Positions 18,660 to 28,125 are shown, counted from the stretch's first letter. The stretch is DNA of 63,435 nucleotides from Deltaproteobacteria bacterium (GCA_026992735.1 JALWYO010000055.1:1-63435), one strand, 5' to 3'. Program-made: numbers and translations. Notes: generated by a model from the sequence alone, not told the origin.

Positions 18660-18766
18660 TAAGCGTTCACAGGGTGCCGCAGACGCAAGGCGGCGGGTGC
18701 GCAGTCGTACTCCCTGTACTTCAAGCGCCCGCCAACACAGCAGATGTGGTATCCTGTGAACGCTTA
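18660..18766 (+). ncRNA. Candidate structured RNA / hairpin element, copy B (22-bp stem plus conserved core)
   Basis: The 18660-18681 arm pairs with 18745-18766 (19 Watson-Crick pairs plus 3 G:U, with every G on the 5' arm). The enclosed core is ~75% identical by eye to 5857-5928. Confidence 0.45.
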
Positions 18767-18822
18767 CAAGATAACAGGCACAACAACAGCCAAGAACAGG
18801 ATATGACCTAATTAATCACCAG

Positions 18823-19755
18823 TTACGCCGTGGCTGCTGCTGCAAAATCAGGGGTCAGAGAGTATCCCCACCTGGATGTCCAGGCAGGATAATCAGGCTC
18901 GGCACCGGATAGCCGCCATGCAGACGGGTTCTCCATGAGAAATTTGGTGACATTGCAGTGCAGCTCATGACCGCTCTTTACTGCCTTTACCTTTGCTTTC
19001 AGTGGGGCTCCCAGCAGGTATAGGTCACCGATGAGATCAAGCACCTTATGCCTTACGAATTCATCTGAGAAACGCAGGCCTTCGCTGTTAAGGACCTTTT
19101 CCACGCCTATTACAACTGCATTGTCCAGGGAAGCTCCAAGAGCAAGACCATTTCTATGTAAGGCTTCCACCTCTTTCAGAAATCCGAAAGTCCTGGCGCG
19201 TGCTACAGAATGCTCAAAGACCTTCCTGTTTATCTCTCCCCTGAAGCGCTGGGCCCTGATGGCAGGGTGTGGAAAATCAATTGTGAAATCCACATAAAAT
19301 GTGCCGGATGGTGACAGTGTGACTTTTTTGTCACCCTCGGTAAAGGACACCTCCTCAACCATCTCAATATAACGCCTGGGTTGCTTTTGGGCCTTCAAGC
19401 CCGCCCTGTTCAACAGGAGTACCCATGCACCGGCACTTCCATCCAGTGCAGGAACTTCTGGACCATCTACTTCCACAGTGGCATTGTCTATACCCATTCC
19501 CGAAAACGCCGCCATGAGATGTTCTATGGTGGAAACACTGCATACACCATTGCCTATGGTGGTAGCAAAATGGCAATCGACGACGTTGTCTACAGTAGCG
19601 AGGATATCCTTCCCTGATGATACATCCGTTCTCACGAAGCGGATACCCGTTCCCTCCCCGGAAGGCTTGATATTTACAGAGACTTTCTGCCCGCTATGCA
19701 GCCCTATACCGTCGACTGCCACTTCATTTCTGATGGTCCTTTGAGAAACATTCAT
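18823..19755 (-). CDS. lpxC: UDP-3-O-acyl-N-acetylglucosamine deacetylase
   Basis: QRTIRNEVAVDGIGLHSG, TIEHLMAA and HKVLDLIGDL motifs. 310 aa. Confidence 0.95.
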   Translation of the reverse strand: MNVSQRTIRNEVAVDGIGLHSGQKVSVNIKPSGEGTGIRFVRTDVSSGKDILATVDNVVDCHFATTIGNGVCSVSTIEHLMAAFSGMGIDNATVEVDGPEVPALDGSAGAWVLLLNRAGLKAQKQPRRYIEMVEEVSFTEGDKKVTLSPSGTFYVDFTIDFPHPAIRAQRFRGEINRKVFEHSVARARTFGFLKEVEALHRNGLALGASLDNAVVIGVEKVLNSEGLRFSDEFVRHKVLDLIGDLYLLGAPLKAKVKAVKSGHELHCNVTKFLMENPSAWRLSGAEPDYPAWTSRWGYSLTPDFAAAATA

Positions 19756-19985
19756 TACGTTAAAAGAATCCCTATCCTTCCCATGTTAAAAATCTCATCC
19801 AATTTTTCCACATTTCACAGAGGTAAATGCACGAACTGTGCCATGGAATTCCTGCAATAAAATATACTGTTATTCCAGGAAGATGGGATCAAAAAGCAGA
19901 CTTGAAAATAAAAACAATCCATACTCGGGACAAAAATGTCCCAGTAAGACAGCAGGCATAATGAGACAAAAATGTCCCACACAGT

Positions 19986-20906
19986 CTATTTGTCAAAAAA
20001 TCCCAGACGGCGCAGAAATTTTTCGTTTTTCGACCAGTCTTTCAGTACTTTCACCCAGAGATCCAGATGTACCTTCTTGTTCAGAAGCCGTTCCAGTTCA
20101 ATCCTGGCCATGGTGCCGACCTTTTTTATGAACTTTCCATGCCGTCCTATGATTATGCCTTTCTGAGAGGGTCTTTCCACATAGATAACAACCCTTGTAA
20201 TAATCTTATCAGGATATTCCTGGATATCCTCCACCTTTACTGAGGTAGAATACGGGACCTCCTGCTCAGCCAGCAGAAAGATCTTTTCCCTGATCAGTTC
20301 TTCTATTACGGTCTCTATGGACTGATCTGTTATTGTGGAGGAATCGTAATATTTAGGGCCTTCATCCAGATGTTTCAGTATTTCATCAAGAAGTATGTCC
20401 ACGCCATCCCTATACTTTGCAGAAATAGGAACAACTGCCACGAATGGGTACATCTGACTCATCTCATCCATGAGAGGCAGTAGATTTTCCCTGGCGACCT
20501 TGTCAATCTTGTTCAGAACAAGGATAACGGGCTTCTTGAGCCTTTTTATGAGCTCAAGCACTGCCGCGTCTTCCTTACGTCTCCTGCTGGTGACATCTAC
20601 AATATAAAGCAGCAGATCAACATCCTCCACCGCACGTTCAGCTGCCTTAACCAGCGTCTGGTTCAGTAATTTCTTGGCATGATGAATGCCCGGTGTGTCA
20701 ACAAAGACTATCTGGAAATTCCTGCCAGTCAGTATACCCCGAATCTGACTCCTGGTAGTGTGCGGTTTCGGAGTAGTTATAGCGACTTTTTCCCCGAGTA
20801 TGCTGTTAAGCAGCGTTGATTTGCCAGCATTGGGCGCGCCTATTATCCCGACAAATCCTGACCTGAAATTCCTATCTTGTTCATATCGATCGCTATCTGA
20901 TTCCAT
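19986..20906 (-). CDS. era: GTPase Era
   Basis: G1 motif GAPNAGKST, then DTPG, NKID and a C-terminal KH domain. ATG 20906 was preferred over the TTG at 20927. Confidence 0.9.
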   Translation of the reverse strand: MESDSDRYEQDRNFRSGFVGIIGAPNAGKSTLLNSILGEKVAITTPKPHTTRSQIRGILTGRNFQIVFVDTPGIHHAKKLLNQTLVKAAERAVEDVDLLLYIVDVTSRRRKEDAAVLELIKRLKKPVILVLNKIDKVARENLLPLMDEMSQMYPFVAVVPISAKYRDGVDILLDEILKHLDEGPKYYDSSTITDQSIETVIEELIREKIFLLAEQEVPYSTSVKVEDIQEYPDKIITRVVIYVERPSQKGIIIGRHGKFIKKVGTMARIELERLLNKKVHLDLWVKVLKDWSKNEKFLRRLGFFDK

Positions 20907-21651
20907 TTTCAGAAGTGATCCCTTCAAAATTTTCTATAGCCATCCTTGCGGCTTTCTGCTCGGCCTCTTTCTTTGTCCGGCCGGTACCCCTGGAGACCTC
21001 CCGACCGCTAAAAAAGAGACCTACCTCAAAGGTCCTGTCATGGTCCGGGCCGGACACAGAAATCGTCCTGTAACTCGGAACAAAATGAAAATACTTCTGG
21101 GTCAACTCCTGAAGCCTACTCTTGTAATCATTCAGCAGGCCTCTGTGCGGAACAAGCTCGATGGAAGGCAAAAACTGCCTCTCCAAAAAAGAACGCGCTG
21201 CCTCAAATCCACCGTCCAAAAAGATTGCCCCGGTTACTGCCTCAAACGCATCTGCCAGGATAGAAGGCCTTTCCCTGCCTCCGCTCTTTTCCTCTCCCCT
21301 GCTCAACTGCAGCACATTGCCAAGGCCTAACTTCCCTGCCTTCTCTGCAAGCCTGGGCTCACTCACGAGATATGCCCTCATCTTGGTCAGATCGCCTTCT
21401 CTGTACCTGTCTGCAAAATGTCTGTAAAGCATCTCGCTAATTGCAAGCTCCAAAACAGCATCACCAAGGAATTCCATATTTTCATTATCATGCAGGGATT
21501 CCGCCCCATCTGACAAACATGACCGGTGGGTGAGCGCCTGGACAATAAGCTGCCTGTCCCGGAACTCGTAACCCAGCCTGGACTCGAGATCCCTCATTTC
21601 CGGCGTGAAGAACTTGCTCTCACTCAGTTCTGCCATAGCATTATGCCTCAT
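20893..21651 (-). CDS. rnc: Ribonuclease III
   Basis: RNase III signature NENMEFLGDAVLEL plus a C-terminal dsRBD (GPDHDRTFEV...GRTKKEAEQKAA). Its ATG overlaps the upstream stop (ATGA). Confidence 0.95.
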   Translation of the reverse strand: MRHNAMAELSESKFFTPEMRDLESRLGYEFRDRQLIVQALTHRSCLSDGAESLHDNENMEFLGDAVLELAISEMLYRHFADRYREGDLTKMRAYLVSEPRLAEKAGKLGLGNVLQLSRGEEKSGGRERPSILADAFEAVTGAIFLDGGFEAARSFLERQFLPSIELVPHRGLLNDYKSRLQELTQKYFHFVPSYRTISVSGPDHDRTFEVGLFFSGREVSRGTGRTKKEAEQKAARMAIENFEGITSENGIR

Positions 21652-22442
21652 GCGGTATCATCCCGGCGCTCCAAGGCCTGTAAAAAACCTTTCAGGACCG
21701 CATCCCTCATGTCTGCGGCTGCCCTGTCGTCTATTAAAGCGCCTTTTAAACCACCGAACAGGCTGATCTCAGAAAAAAATACCTTTCCATTATCTGTTTT
21801 GAGAAGATCTATGTGAGCGTATGGAAAATCACCCCGCTTCATAACCGCGCTGCAGATAGCCTCCTCCAGTGGCTCAAGGCTGTATTCCCCAGAGCTTCCA
21901 CCAAAATGAAGATTATTCCTGAAACCATGCGAATTTTGCCGCCAATATGCTTCCCTGTACATATCACCTATCCAGACCACTCTGATGTCCCGGCAACCTG
22001 GTATAAAAGGCTGTACGACAAACGGATAGGGCGGCCTGGATGAAAAAACCACGTTACTGAAAAGGTCTTCGGCAGATCGCCATTTGCAGATCCCGAGGCC
22101 ACAGTCAGACCTGTCCAGCTTGGTGATAACATCCTCCACACCCTCACTCGCATAAAGTTCGACAAGCCTGACCATGTCTGACCGCTTCCGGACAATCCTG
22201 GTCAGGGGATGCATCCAGCGCTGAAACAGCTCTGCCTGGCAGCACTTGGACCTTGATGCCACCTGGGCAACAGGCGCAGGAAACACTTTTATCCCCCGTT
22301 GCACCAGGTCCAGCAGCAGATATTCCTGGCCTATACCCATGTTCACCATGCAGGCAACCACGTCTCCCTGCTTCAGTTCGTGGTATCTTTTTAAAAATTC
22401 ACTATTGGATTTGATGATAAGGCGGGATGCGGCACTTCTCAA
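21648..22442 (-). CDS. RimK-like ATP-grasp ligase
   Basis: ATP-grasp pattern FVVQPFIPGCRDIRVVWIG...FRNNLHFGG...AHIDLL...FFSEISLFGGLKG. I propose TTG 22442 as the start: it overlaps the upstream TGA (TTGA) and has GGAGA ~9 nt upstream. Confidence 0.7.
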   Translation of the reverse strand: MRSAASRLIIKSNSEFLKRYHELKQGDVVACMVNMGIGQEYLLLDLVQRGIKVFPAPVAQVASRSKCCQAELFQRWMHPLTRIVRKRSDMVRLVELYASEGVEDVITKLDRSDCGLGICKWRSAEDLFSNVVFSSRPPYPFVVQPFIPGCRDIRVVWIGDMYREAYWRQNSHGFRNNLHFGGSSGEYSLEPLEEAICSAVMKRGDFPYAHIDLLKTDNGKVFFSEISLFGGLKGALIDDRAAADMRDAVLKGFLQALERRDDTA

Positions 22443-22732
22443 AAAATCATCTCCGCAAAGCGTTGATAATACTGAGATAGATCTGCGTAACACTCTCCGC
22501 AAAAGAGCTTGATGTCTCCAAGGATAGTGGATTCATCACTCTGCGGGGTGAAACTTCCATCAGAATTCTGGACATAACGGGTAGTTATGGTTACTTCCTG
22601 GGCAACTTCGAAAAAGTCCTGATCATTACCGCATTCAGGACAAACTATCCGCATGCCTGCGCTGTTAAGCCTGCATGGAGAAGGAACAAGTACCTTTCTC
22701 CTCTTTTCAATGGTTTTACTCTCTTCAGTCAT
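22439..22732 (-). CDS. Small zinc-ribbon protein (CPEC...CGEC), function unknown
   Basis: 97-aa ORF with two CxxC pairs ~55 aa apart. Its stop is coupled to the ATP-grasp gene. An internal ATG at 22654 is an alternative start. Confidence 0.55.
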   Translation of the reverse strand: MTEESKTIEKRRKVLVPSPCRLNSAGMRIVCPECGNDQDFFEVAQEVTITTRYVQNSDGSFTPQSDESTILGDIKLFCGECYADLSQYYQRFAEMIF

Positions 22733-23327
22733 GGTTGATGGAAGCTGTGATTATCTGTACATATCTATTTACTCTCAAATCCTGTTAATTTGCAATAGAA
22801 ATTTTCACTGCCCGCACATTTAATCTGCTATTTGATCATTGGACACCACTGGTATTGCATTGCCGGAGATTCACTGCATGACCTGCCCATTAACTGACAG
22901 GATGGACAATATCAGCCAATTCCAAGAACAGGTGTGACAATATTGCCACATAAAACAAATCTTACTTAAACAGTTAAGGCACAAACCAAGAAAGATCCAT
23001 ACGATCTTTAGCGAAAATTCTCACGTAATTTCAACATATTACATAAATAGGCATTCCTCAATTTATAACAACGGCACGTTTTTTGCTTTAACATTATGCG
23101 AAGGATGATTCATTTGCCATGCTGCATTAACGGATGGAAAAGGAGATGATATGTACTGCTTAAAAAACCCCACCAGGCCAACACAGCCGGCAATCTGCAA
23201 CAACTGCAAAAGAAAGTGCGAACGCGCTGGCAAAAGACGGGCCAATAGAAAAAGAAAGTAGCAAAAAGCCGGGGAGCCGGCTCGCGCCTCCTTGTCTTAA
23301 AATACTGTTCAGGCAACAGGAATATGG

Positions 23328-24173
23328 TTATGCCTCCGCCTTCTCCCGTATCGCTTGGACTGCCTCTTCTCCTCCAGGGAAGCTCTCCTCCGGAGACGGA
23401 AAATCCCCGGCTTCCACTTCTTTCTTGAAAGACAGAAGCGCCTCGCTTATTTGAGGGGCCAGGTTGACGTATTTCTTCACGAACCTGGGTGTAAATTTCT
23501 CATAAAGACCCAGCAGATCGTTTGTCACCAAGACTTGGCCGTCACAGTGCGGCCCTGCTCCAATACCTATGGTTGGTATATCAATATCACTGGTGATAAG
23601 CGATGACAGGGCTGAAGGAATGCACTCCAGCACAACGGCAAAGGCACCTGCGTCTGCCACGGCCATCGCATCTTCGTAGATGGCCTTGGCCTGGTCAATA
23701 TCCTGACCTTGGACCTTGAAACCACCAAGGCTGGAAGCCGTCTGAGGAGTAAGCCCAACATGCCCCATGACCGGGATGCCAGCAGTAACCAGCCTTTTTA
23801 TCACAGGCGCCATCGTCCTGCCTCCCTCCAGCTTAACTGCATCACAGCCAGCCTCCTTCAAAAACCTGGCTGCATTAAACAGGGCATCCTCTATGCTGAC
23901 CTGGTAAGACATGAAGGGCATGTCGCCAACCAGAAGCGCATTGCTCACACCCCTGGAGACCGCCCTGCAATGGTGCAACATTTCATCCATGGTCACTGGC
24001 ACGGTAGAATCGTAACCAAGAACCACCATTCCTAAAGAATCTCCAACCAGGATAACATCTATGCCAGCCGCGTCTATCATCCTTGCAAAACTGCAGTCAT
24101 AGGCCGTAAGCATGGTTACAGGCCGGCTGGAACCTTTTCTTTTCTTTATATCAACCGGAGTGAAATTTGCCAT
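23328..24173 (-). CDS. panB: 3-methyl-2-oxobutanoate hydroxymethyltransferase
   Basis: MLTAYDCSFARMIDAAGIDVILVGDSLGMV and the KLEGG motif. 281 aa. Confidence 0.95.
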   Translation of the reverse strand: MANFTPVDIKKRKGSSRPVTMLTAYDCSFARMIDAAGIDVILVGDSLGMVVLGYDSTVPVTMDEMLHHCRAVSRGVSNALLVGDMPFMSYQVSIEDALFNAARFLKEAGCDAVKLEGGRTMAPVIKRLVTAGIPVMGHVGLTPQTASSLGGFKVQGQDIDQAKAIYEDAMAVADAGAFAVVLECIPSALSSLITSDIDIPTIGIGAGPHCDGQVLVTNDLLGLYEKFTPRFVKKYVNLAPQISEALLSFKKEVEAGDFPSPEESFPGGEEAVQAIREKAEA

Positions 24174-24309
24174 GAGAGGTTACCTCGCAAAATGGCTGAA
24201 ATACATGGAGAAAAAAACTCCCTCATAGAAAATAAGCGCCCATTCCCTACCAGGCCGGCAGGTCATCCAGCCATGACAGGATTCGGGAGAAGAAGCATAT
24301 AGAAAAAGC

Positions 24310-24676
24310 CTTGAAAAAGGACTATAAGCCGGGTTCTGTATTCTGCGTTTGTCGCAGAACGATGATCATTCATCTGGGATGCCAGTCGCCTGGCACCTCA
24401 AGCAACCTACCCGGAGACTCAGGCGGGCAGCCTTCAGGCGTCTCCCTATTTGGTCTTGCTCCAGGCGGGGTTTACCAAGCCAGCATGGTCACCCATGCAG
24501 CTGGTGAGCTCTTACCTCACCTTTTCACCCTTACCCCTTTCATAAAAGAGGCGGTATATTTTCTGTGGCACTTTCCCTGGGGTTACCCCCGGTTCGCGTT
24601 ACGAACCACCTTGCCCTGTGGAGCCCGGACTTTCCTCCTGTCAATAAATGCAGGCGATCAGCCATCCTCTTTCAAG
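24310..24676 (-). ncRNA. rnpB: RNase P RNA, bacterial type A
   Basis: The minus strand reads GGAGGAAAGTCCGGGCTCCACAGGGCA, AGTGCCACAGAAAA, GGTAAGGGTGAAAAGGTG, GGTAAACCCC, GGGTAGGTTGCTTGAG and ACAGAACCCGGCTTAT. P1 pairs GAAAGAGGA with TCCTTTTTC. Ends are accurate to about 5 nt. Confidence 0.92.
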
Positions 24677-24869
24677 GCCTTGATTCAATTTAATGCCTGT
24701 ACTGCTTGTGCGCAATCAGCAAGCTTGCTGTCCGCTGAACAAAAATGAAATTCAAGCATAAAGGAGTATATCCTGCTACACTAAACCTTACACCAAAACC
24801 CCTCAGGCAAGCAGATACAACTCCGAGGACTGCCAAAGGCAGGAAAGGCTTCTTCAGTCACGGTTAATA

Positions 24870-25577
24870 TCAAACTTTCAATGCATAGATTATCCGCTGG
24901 CACGACGGACAGAACAGTAGCTTTTCATCCCTAAGAAGCTCATTATACATCTGCGGGGGAATGTTCATGTTGCATGCGCTGCATATTCCCTCGTCCACAG
25001 CCGCCAATGCAATGCCCTCCCTCTTTTCCGAAAGAAATTTGTAACGCGCCATGAGATCGGGCTTGACCTTATCTGCAACCTCGTCATGTTCTGCAGAAAG
25101 CGAGACGATCTTAGCATCTATCTCCTTTTCCGCCTTGGCAATATTTTTCTGCTCGGCTGCCGCCTCTTTTTTTAGCTTGTCTACTTCCTTGTTCTTTTCC
25201 TTGACCTCTTTCTTTAACCGGTCTATCTCCTCATCAAGCTGGATAATTTCATCCTCTCTTGCCTTGTTGGACTTCTTTATATCCTCTATCTCCTTGGAGA
25301 GGGCCTGATATTCCCTGCTGTTCTTTACGGAACTCATCTTCTGCTGGGACTTTTTAAGCCGTTCTGCCTCAAGTTCCAGCTCATCTTCCACCTCTGTCTT
25401 TCTCGTACGGAGGTCTGCGAGCCTATCCTTTAATTCTGCCACTTCAGCGTCTTTTTCTTCCATCAGTTCCTTTATGGCATTCAGCCGCTTGGGAAGCTCG
25501 AGCTTATCATTTCCCAGCTTCCTGATTTCAAGATCTATACCCTGAAGCTTGATGAGTGTGGAAAGTTCTGGTCTCAA
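24870..25577 (-). CDS. Coiled-coil protein with C-terminal C4 zinc ribbon (COG1579/DUF164-like)
   Basis: Long K/E-rich coiled coil ending in CSACNMNIP...CPSCQRI. It sits directly downstream of a NIF3-like gene, which is the usual pairing. Confidence 0.8.
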   Translation of the reverse strand: MRPELSTLIKLQGIDLEIRKLGNDKLELPKRLNAIKELMEEKDAEVAELKDRLADLRTRKTEVEDELELEAERLKKSQQKMSSVKNSREYQALSKEIEDIKKSNKAREDEIIQLDEEIDRLKKEVKEKNKEVDKLKKEAAAEQKNIAKAEKEIDAKIVSLSAEHDEVADKVKPDLMARYKFLSEKREGIALAAVDEGICSACNMNIPPQMYNELLRDEKLLFCPSCQRIIYALKV

Positions 25578-25610
25578 TTTATTTTCCCCTTTGAAGATAA
25601 TTATAAACTT

Positions 25611-26447
25611 TCAAGCAGACCGCACTGGAGTACTATTGCAGTAAAATGTAAAAGGTGACCTTTCGCCTTCGAATACCTGAACCTCAAAATCCCAGTTCCT
25701 GTCTTTGGCTGCTTGACTGAGAAATTTTTCTATATCATAGACAACAGGCCGCTCGGTCTCAAAATGCCCGGCATCTACCACCATAATGCCGCGAGCCTCC
25801 GCCTCTCTTGCAGTGCTATGTTTTAGCTCAGCAGACACGTACACATCAGCCCCCCTGTTGACTGCCTCTCTGAAGAGAGAGGAACCAGACCCTGAACAGA
25901 GCGCCACTGTCTCCACCGGCCCGCTTAAGGCCCCGGCAACCGCCAGGACCTGGCGGTCCAGAACTGTGCCAATACGCTCTACAAACTCGCTGGCGCTGAC
26001 CGGCCTTTCAAGTGTCCCGACCCTGCCAAGGCCGGCACCCTTGACAAGTGCATTTTCAACAAGTGGCTCGAGATCCTCAAGACCAAGCAGACTGGCCAGC
26101 CTGTCATTTACTCCCCCCGGAACAGAATCCAGGTTGGTATGCATGGAAAACACAGATATCTCATGACGCAAAAAACCCGCCAGTAGGCGGGCAGTTGTCT
26201 CAGAAAGATCTAAACGGGTAAGTGGTGTAAAAATCATGGGATGATGGGAAATTACCATGTCAGCCTTTACTTGCAATGCAAATGCCAAGACCCCTGGTGT
26301 AACATCAAGTGCAATGACCGCATTTTTTACAGGCCAGTGTGGATAACCTACCTGAAGACCTACATTGTCCCATTCCTCCGCAAGCTCCTCCGGAGCCCAT
26401 GAGAAGAGTTCCTCGATTATATCATTTACAGTGGGAACCATAAGCAT
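25611..26447 (-). CDS. NIF3-family (YqfO/YbgI-like) dinuclear metal-centre protein
   Basis: WDNVGLQVG, ISHHPMIF and DAGHFETE motifs. 278 aa. Confidence 0.85.
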   Translation of the reverse strand: MLMVPTVNDIIEELFSWAPEELAEEWDNVGLQVGYPHWPVKNAVIALDVTPGVLAFALQVKADMVISHHPMIFTPLTRLDLSETTARLLAGFLRHEISVFSMHTNLDSVPGGVNDRLASLLGLEDLEPLVENALVKGAGLGRVGTLERPVSASEFVERIGTVLDRQVLAVAGALSGPVETVALCSGSGSSLFREAVNRGADVYVSAELKHSTAREAEARGIMVVDAGHFETERPVVYDIEKFLSQAAKDRNWDFEVQVFEGERSPFTFYCNSTPVRSA

Positions 26448-26576
26448 TTACCGCATTAAAAAAGGTGCAATATCTGAATTGCACCTGTCATAGACCCTAT
26501 AGTTATGAATAACTCCGCAATATGAAACATGTTGTTGTTACACCCTGGCAGATCCGAAACTCCATAAAACCCAAAT

Positions 26577-26650
26577 TGGGCCCACCAGGATTCGAACCTG
26601 GGACCAACCGGTTATGAGCCGGTGGCTCTGACCAACTGAGCTATGGGCCC
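26577..26650 (-). tRNA. tRNA with CAT anticodon (elongator Met or lysidine-type Ile2), CCA not encoded
   Basis: The minus strand reads GGGCCCATAGCTCAGTTGGTCAGAGC C ACCGG CTCATAA CCGGT TGGTC CCAGG TTCGAAT CCTGG TGGGCCC A. It is not initiator-like, because positions 1 and 72 pair and the anticodon stem lacks the GGG/CCC run. Confidence 0.9.
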
Positions 26651-26916
26651 TGAATTGAAGGAATTAGTATATCCAAATGGGAAAAATTGTCAAGATTTGA
26701 AGTCCATCAAAATTGATAATATATTGATGTTTCAATATGTTAAACTATTTTACTTTTCATCAAAACGATATTAATTTTCTGCTGTAATCATCTGATTTAA
26801 AAAGATTCTCATAAATAGGTGGTGGATTTAGATCCACTGTAATATCTTTAAAAATATACAAGGTTGGATGTCAATTACTGACCAAATAGCTAAAAAATTA
26901 TCCGGAGGCACTGAAA

Positions 26917-28125
26917 TTGCCGTCATCAGCCAAAAAACTCCTCTTGTTTTTAAACTCTCTTATCATCATTACTGCTCACACATATGCCTGGGCTGAAACC
27001 CCGGTTCCGGAACCAGCCGTCAGGGCATTTTACAACCTCACCTATCCATTGGACAATGCTCCTGGCGGAATCATAGTCCTGAAAAATGGCAAGTTCTCTG
27101 CCATCACAGGTAAAGGAACAACATCAAAATTTAATGCGCAACTGCTTGAGCCCGTGGTCATCGGCTCATGGAAAGGCACAAAGGTGGCAGCGCTGGTAAT
27201 AGCCTACAGCACTGGTGGCAGCGGCAATTTCCGCAGGCTTTATTTCCTTGTAAATGAAAAAGGTAAATGGCAACCAAGGGCCTGGGCAAGCCTGGGGGAC
27301 CGTGTCAAAGTAAAATATCTTGGCATTGAAAAACACGGCATCCTGACTGTCGGCATGGTGACTCATGCCCCTGGCGATCCCATGTGCTGTCCCACCCGAA
27401 AGGTTGCAAGGCTGTACATGGTTAAGGACAGGAAACTACTGCCCCTGAAGACCGCACCTGTGCATCTGTTTCCGGACCAGGTCCATTTCAAGCCTGGCAT
27501 CCTCCAGGGCAATGTGCGGTTGAGACTGGTACCTGCCCAGGGTTTTTCCTCACACGGGCTCGTCAAAACACCACCCTATCCCTCGCATATTGCACTTACA
27601 GTAAATGGCAGAGATGTAATGAGGATATTCCCAGCACGGGATTACATTGACATGTGGCTGGAAAAAAACGATTTTACTATCAAAATCGCGATAAACCGCA
27701 TAAAGAGAATGATCTACAAAAAGACTGCAGATTTTTCTCCTCCCCTTCCTATTCTGCCTCCCCAGCCCGGGCTCAACGACCTGGCAGCAAGGCCATCTGT
27801 TCTGAAACTGCAGGATGGCGCGGGAATAGAATTCATCGGGAGGATTACAAAGAACCTTTCATGCATAGGCCCTGATAACCTGCATTACTATTTTATGGGT
27901 CTGGCAAATCAGGACAAGTACGTAATCTCCTTCATCCAAAAAATTTCCATAAAACAGGCTCCGGACAGCATCTGGACATGCAGCAAGGATATCAATGGCC
28001 TTGAAAAGCAGATCAAGGATGTAGGTCAATATATAGATTCATTGAAAGACGCGGATTTTATGCCGCGCATCAGCACCATGGAAAAATTCCTGGCATCCAT
28101 TGACATAGAAGATCAAACGCACTGA
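26917..28125 (+). CDS. Secreted protein of unknown function
   Basis: 402-aa ORF with a TTG start, an N-terminal hydrophobic signal (KKLLLFLNSLIIITAHTYAWA) and a PGDPMCCPT motif. No family recognised. Confidence 0.55.
   Translation: MPSSAKKLLLFLNSLIIITAHTYAWAETPVPEPAVRAFYNLTYPLDNAPGGIIVLKNGKFSAITGKGTTSKFNAQLLEPVVIGSWKGTKVAALVIAYSTGGSGNFRRLYFLVNEKGKWQPRAWASLGDRVKVKYLGIEKHGILTVGMVTHAPGDPMCCPTRKVARLYMVKDRKLLPLKTAPVHLFPDQVHFKPGILQGNVRLRLVPAQGFSSHGLVKTPPYPSHIALTVNGRDVMRIFPARDYIDMWLEKNDFTIKIAINRIKRMIYKKTADFSPPLPILPPQPGLNDLAARPSVLKLQDGAGIEFIGRITKNLSCIGPDNLHYYFMGLANQDKYVISFIQKISIKQAPDSIWTCSKDINGLEKQIKDVGQYIDSLKDADFMPRISTMEKFLASIDIEDQTH

Noticed and set aside
18682-18745. Possible SRP (4.5S) RNA, because the core contains AAGGC and AGCAG strings.
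   Set aside because: The order and strand placement of the motifs differ from SRP domain IV (GGAA tetraloop, with AGCAGCCAAGGCAG on the 3' side). There are also two diverged copies, whereas a genome normally has a single ffs.
18607-18822. Looked for ssrA (tmRNA) directly downstream of smpB, a frequent arrangement.
   Set aside because: The spacer has no tRNA-like acceptor/T-arm ending in CCA, no GGGGCTGA-type 5' end and no tag reading frame. It is occupied instead by the hairpin element described as copy B.
24311-24748. 145-aa plus-strand ORF from the track.
   Set aside because: It lies exactly opposite the RNase P RNA gene. The open frame is a by-product of the GC-rich structured RNA and not a protein gene.
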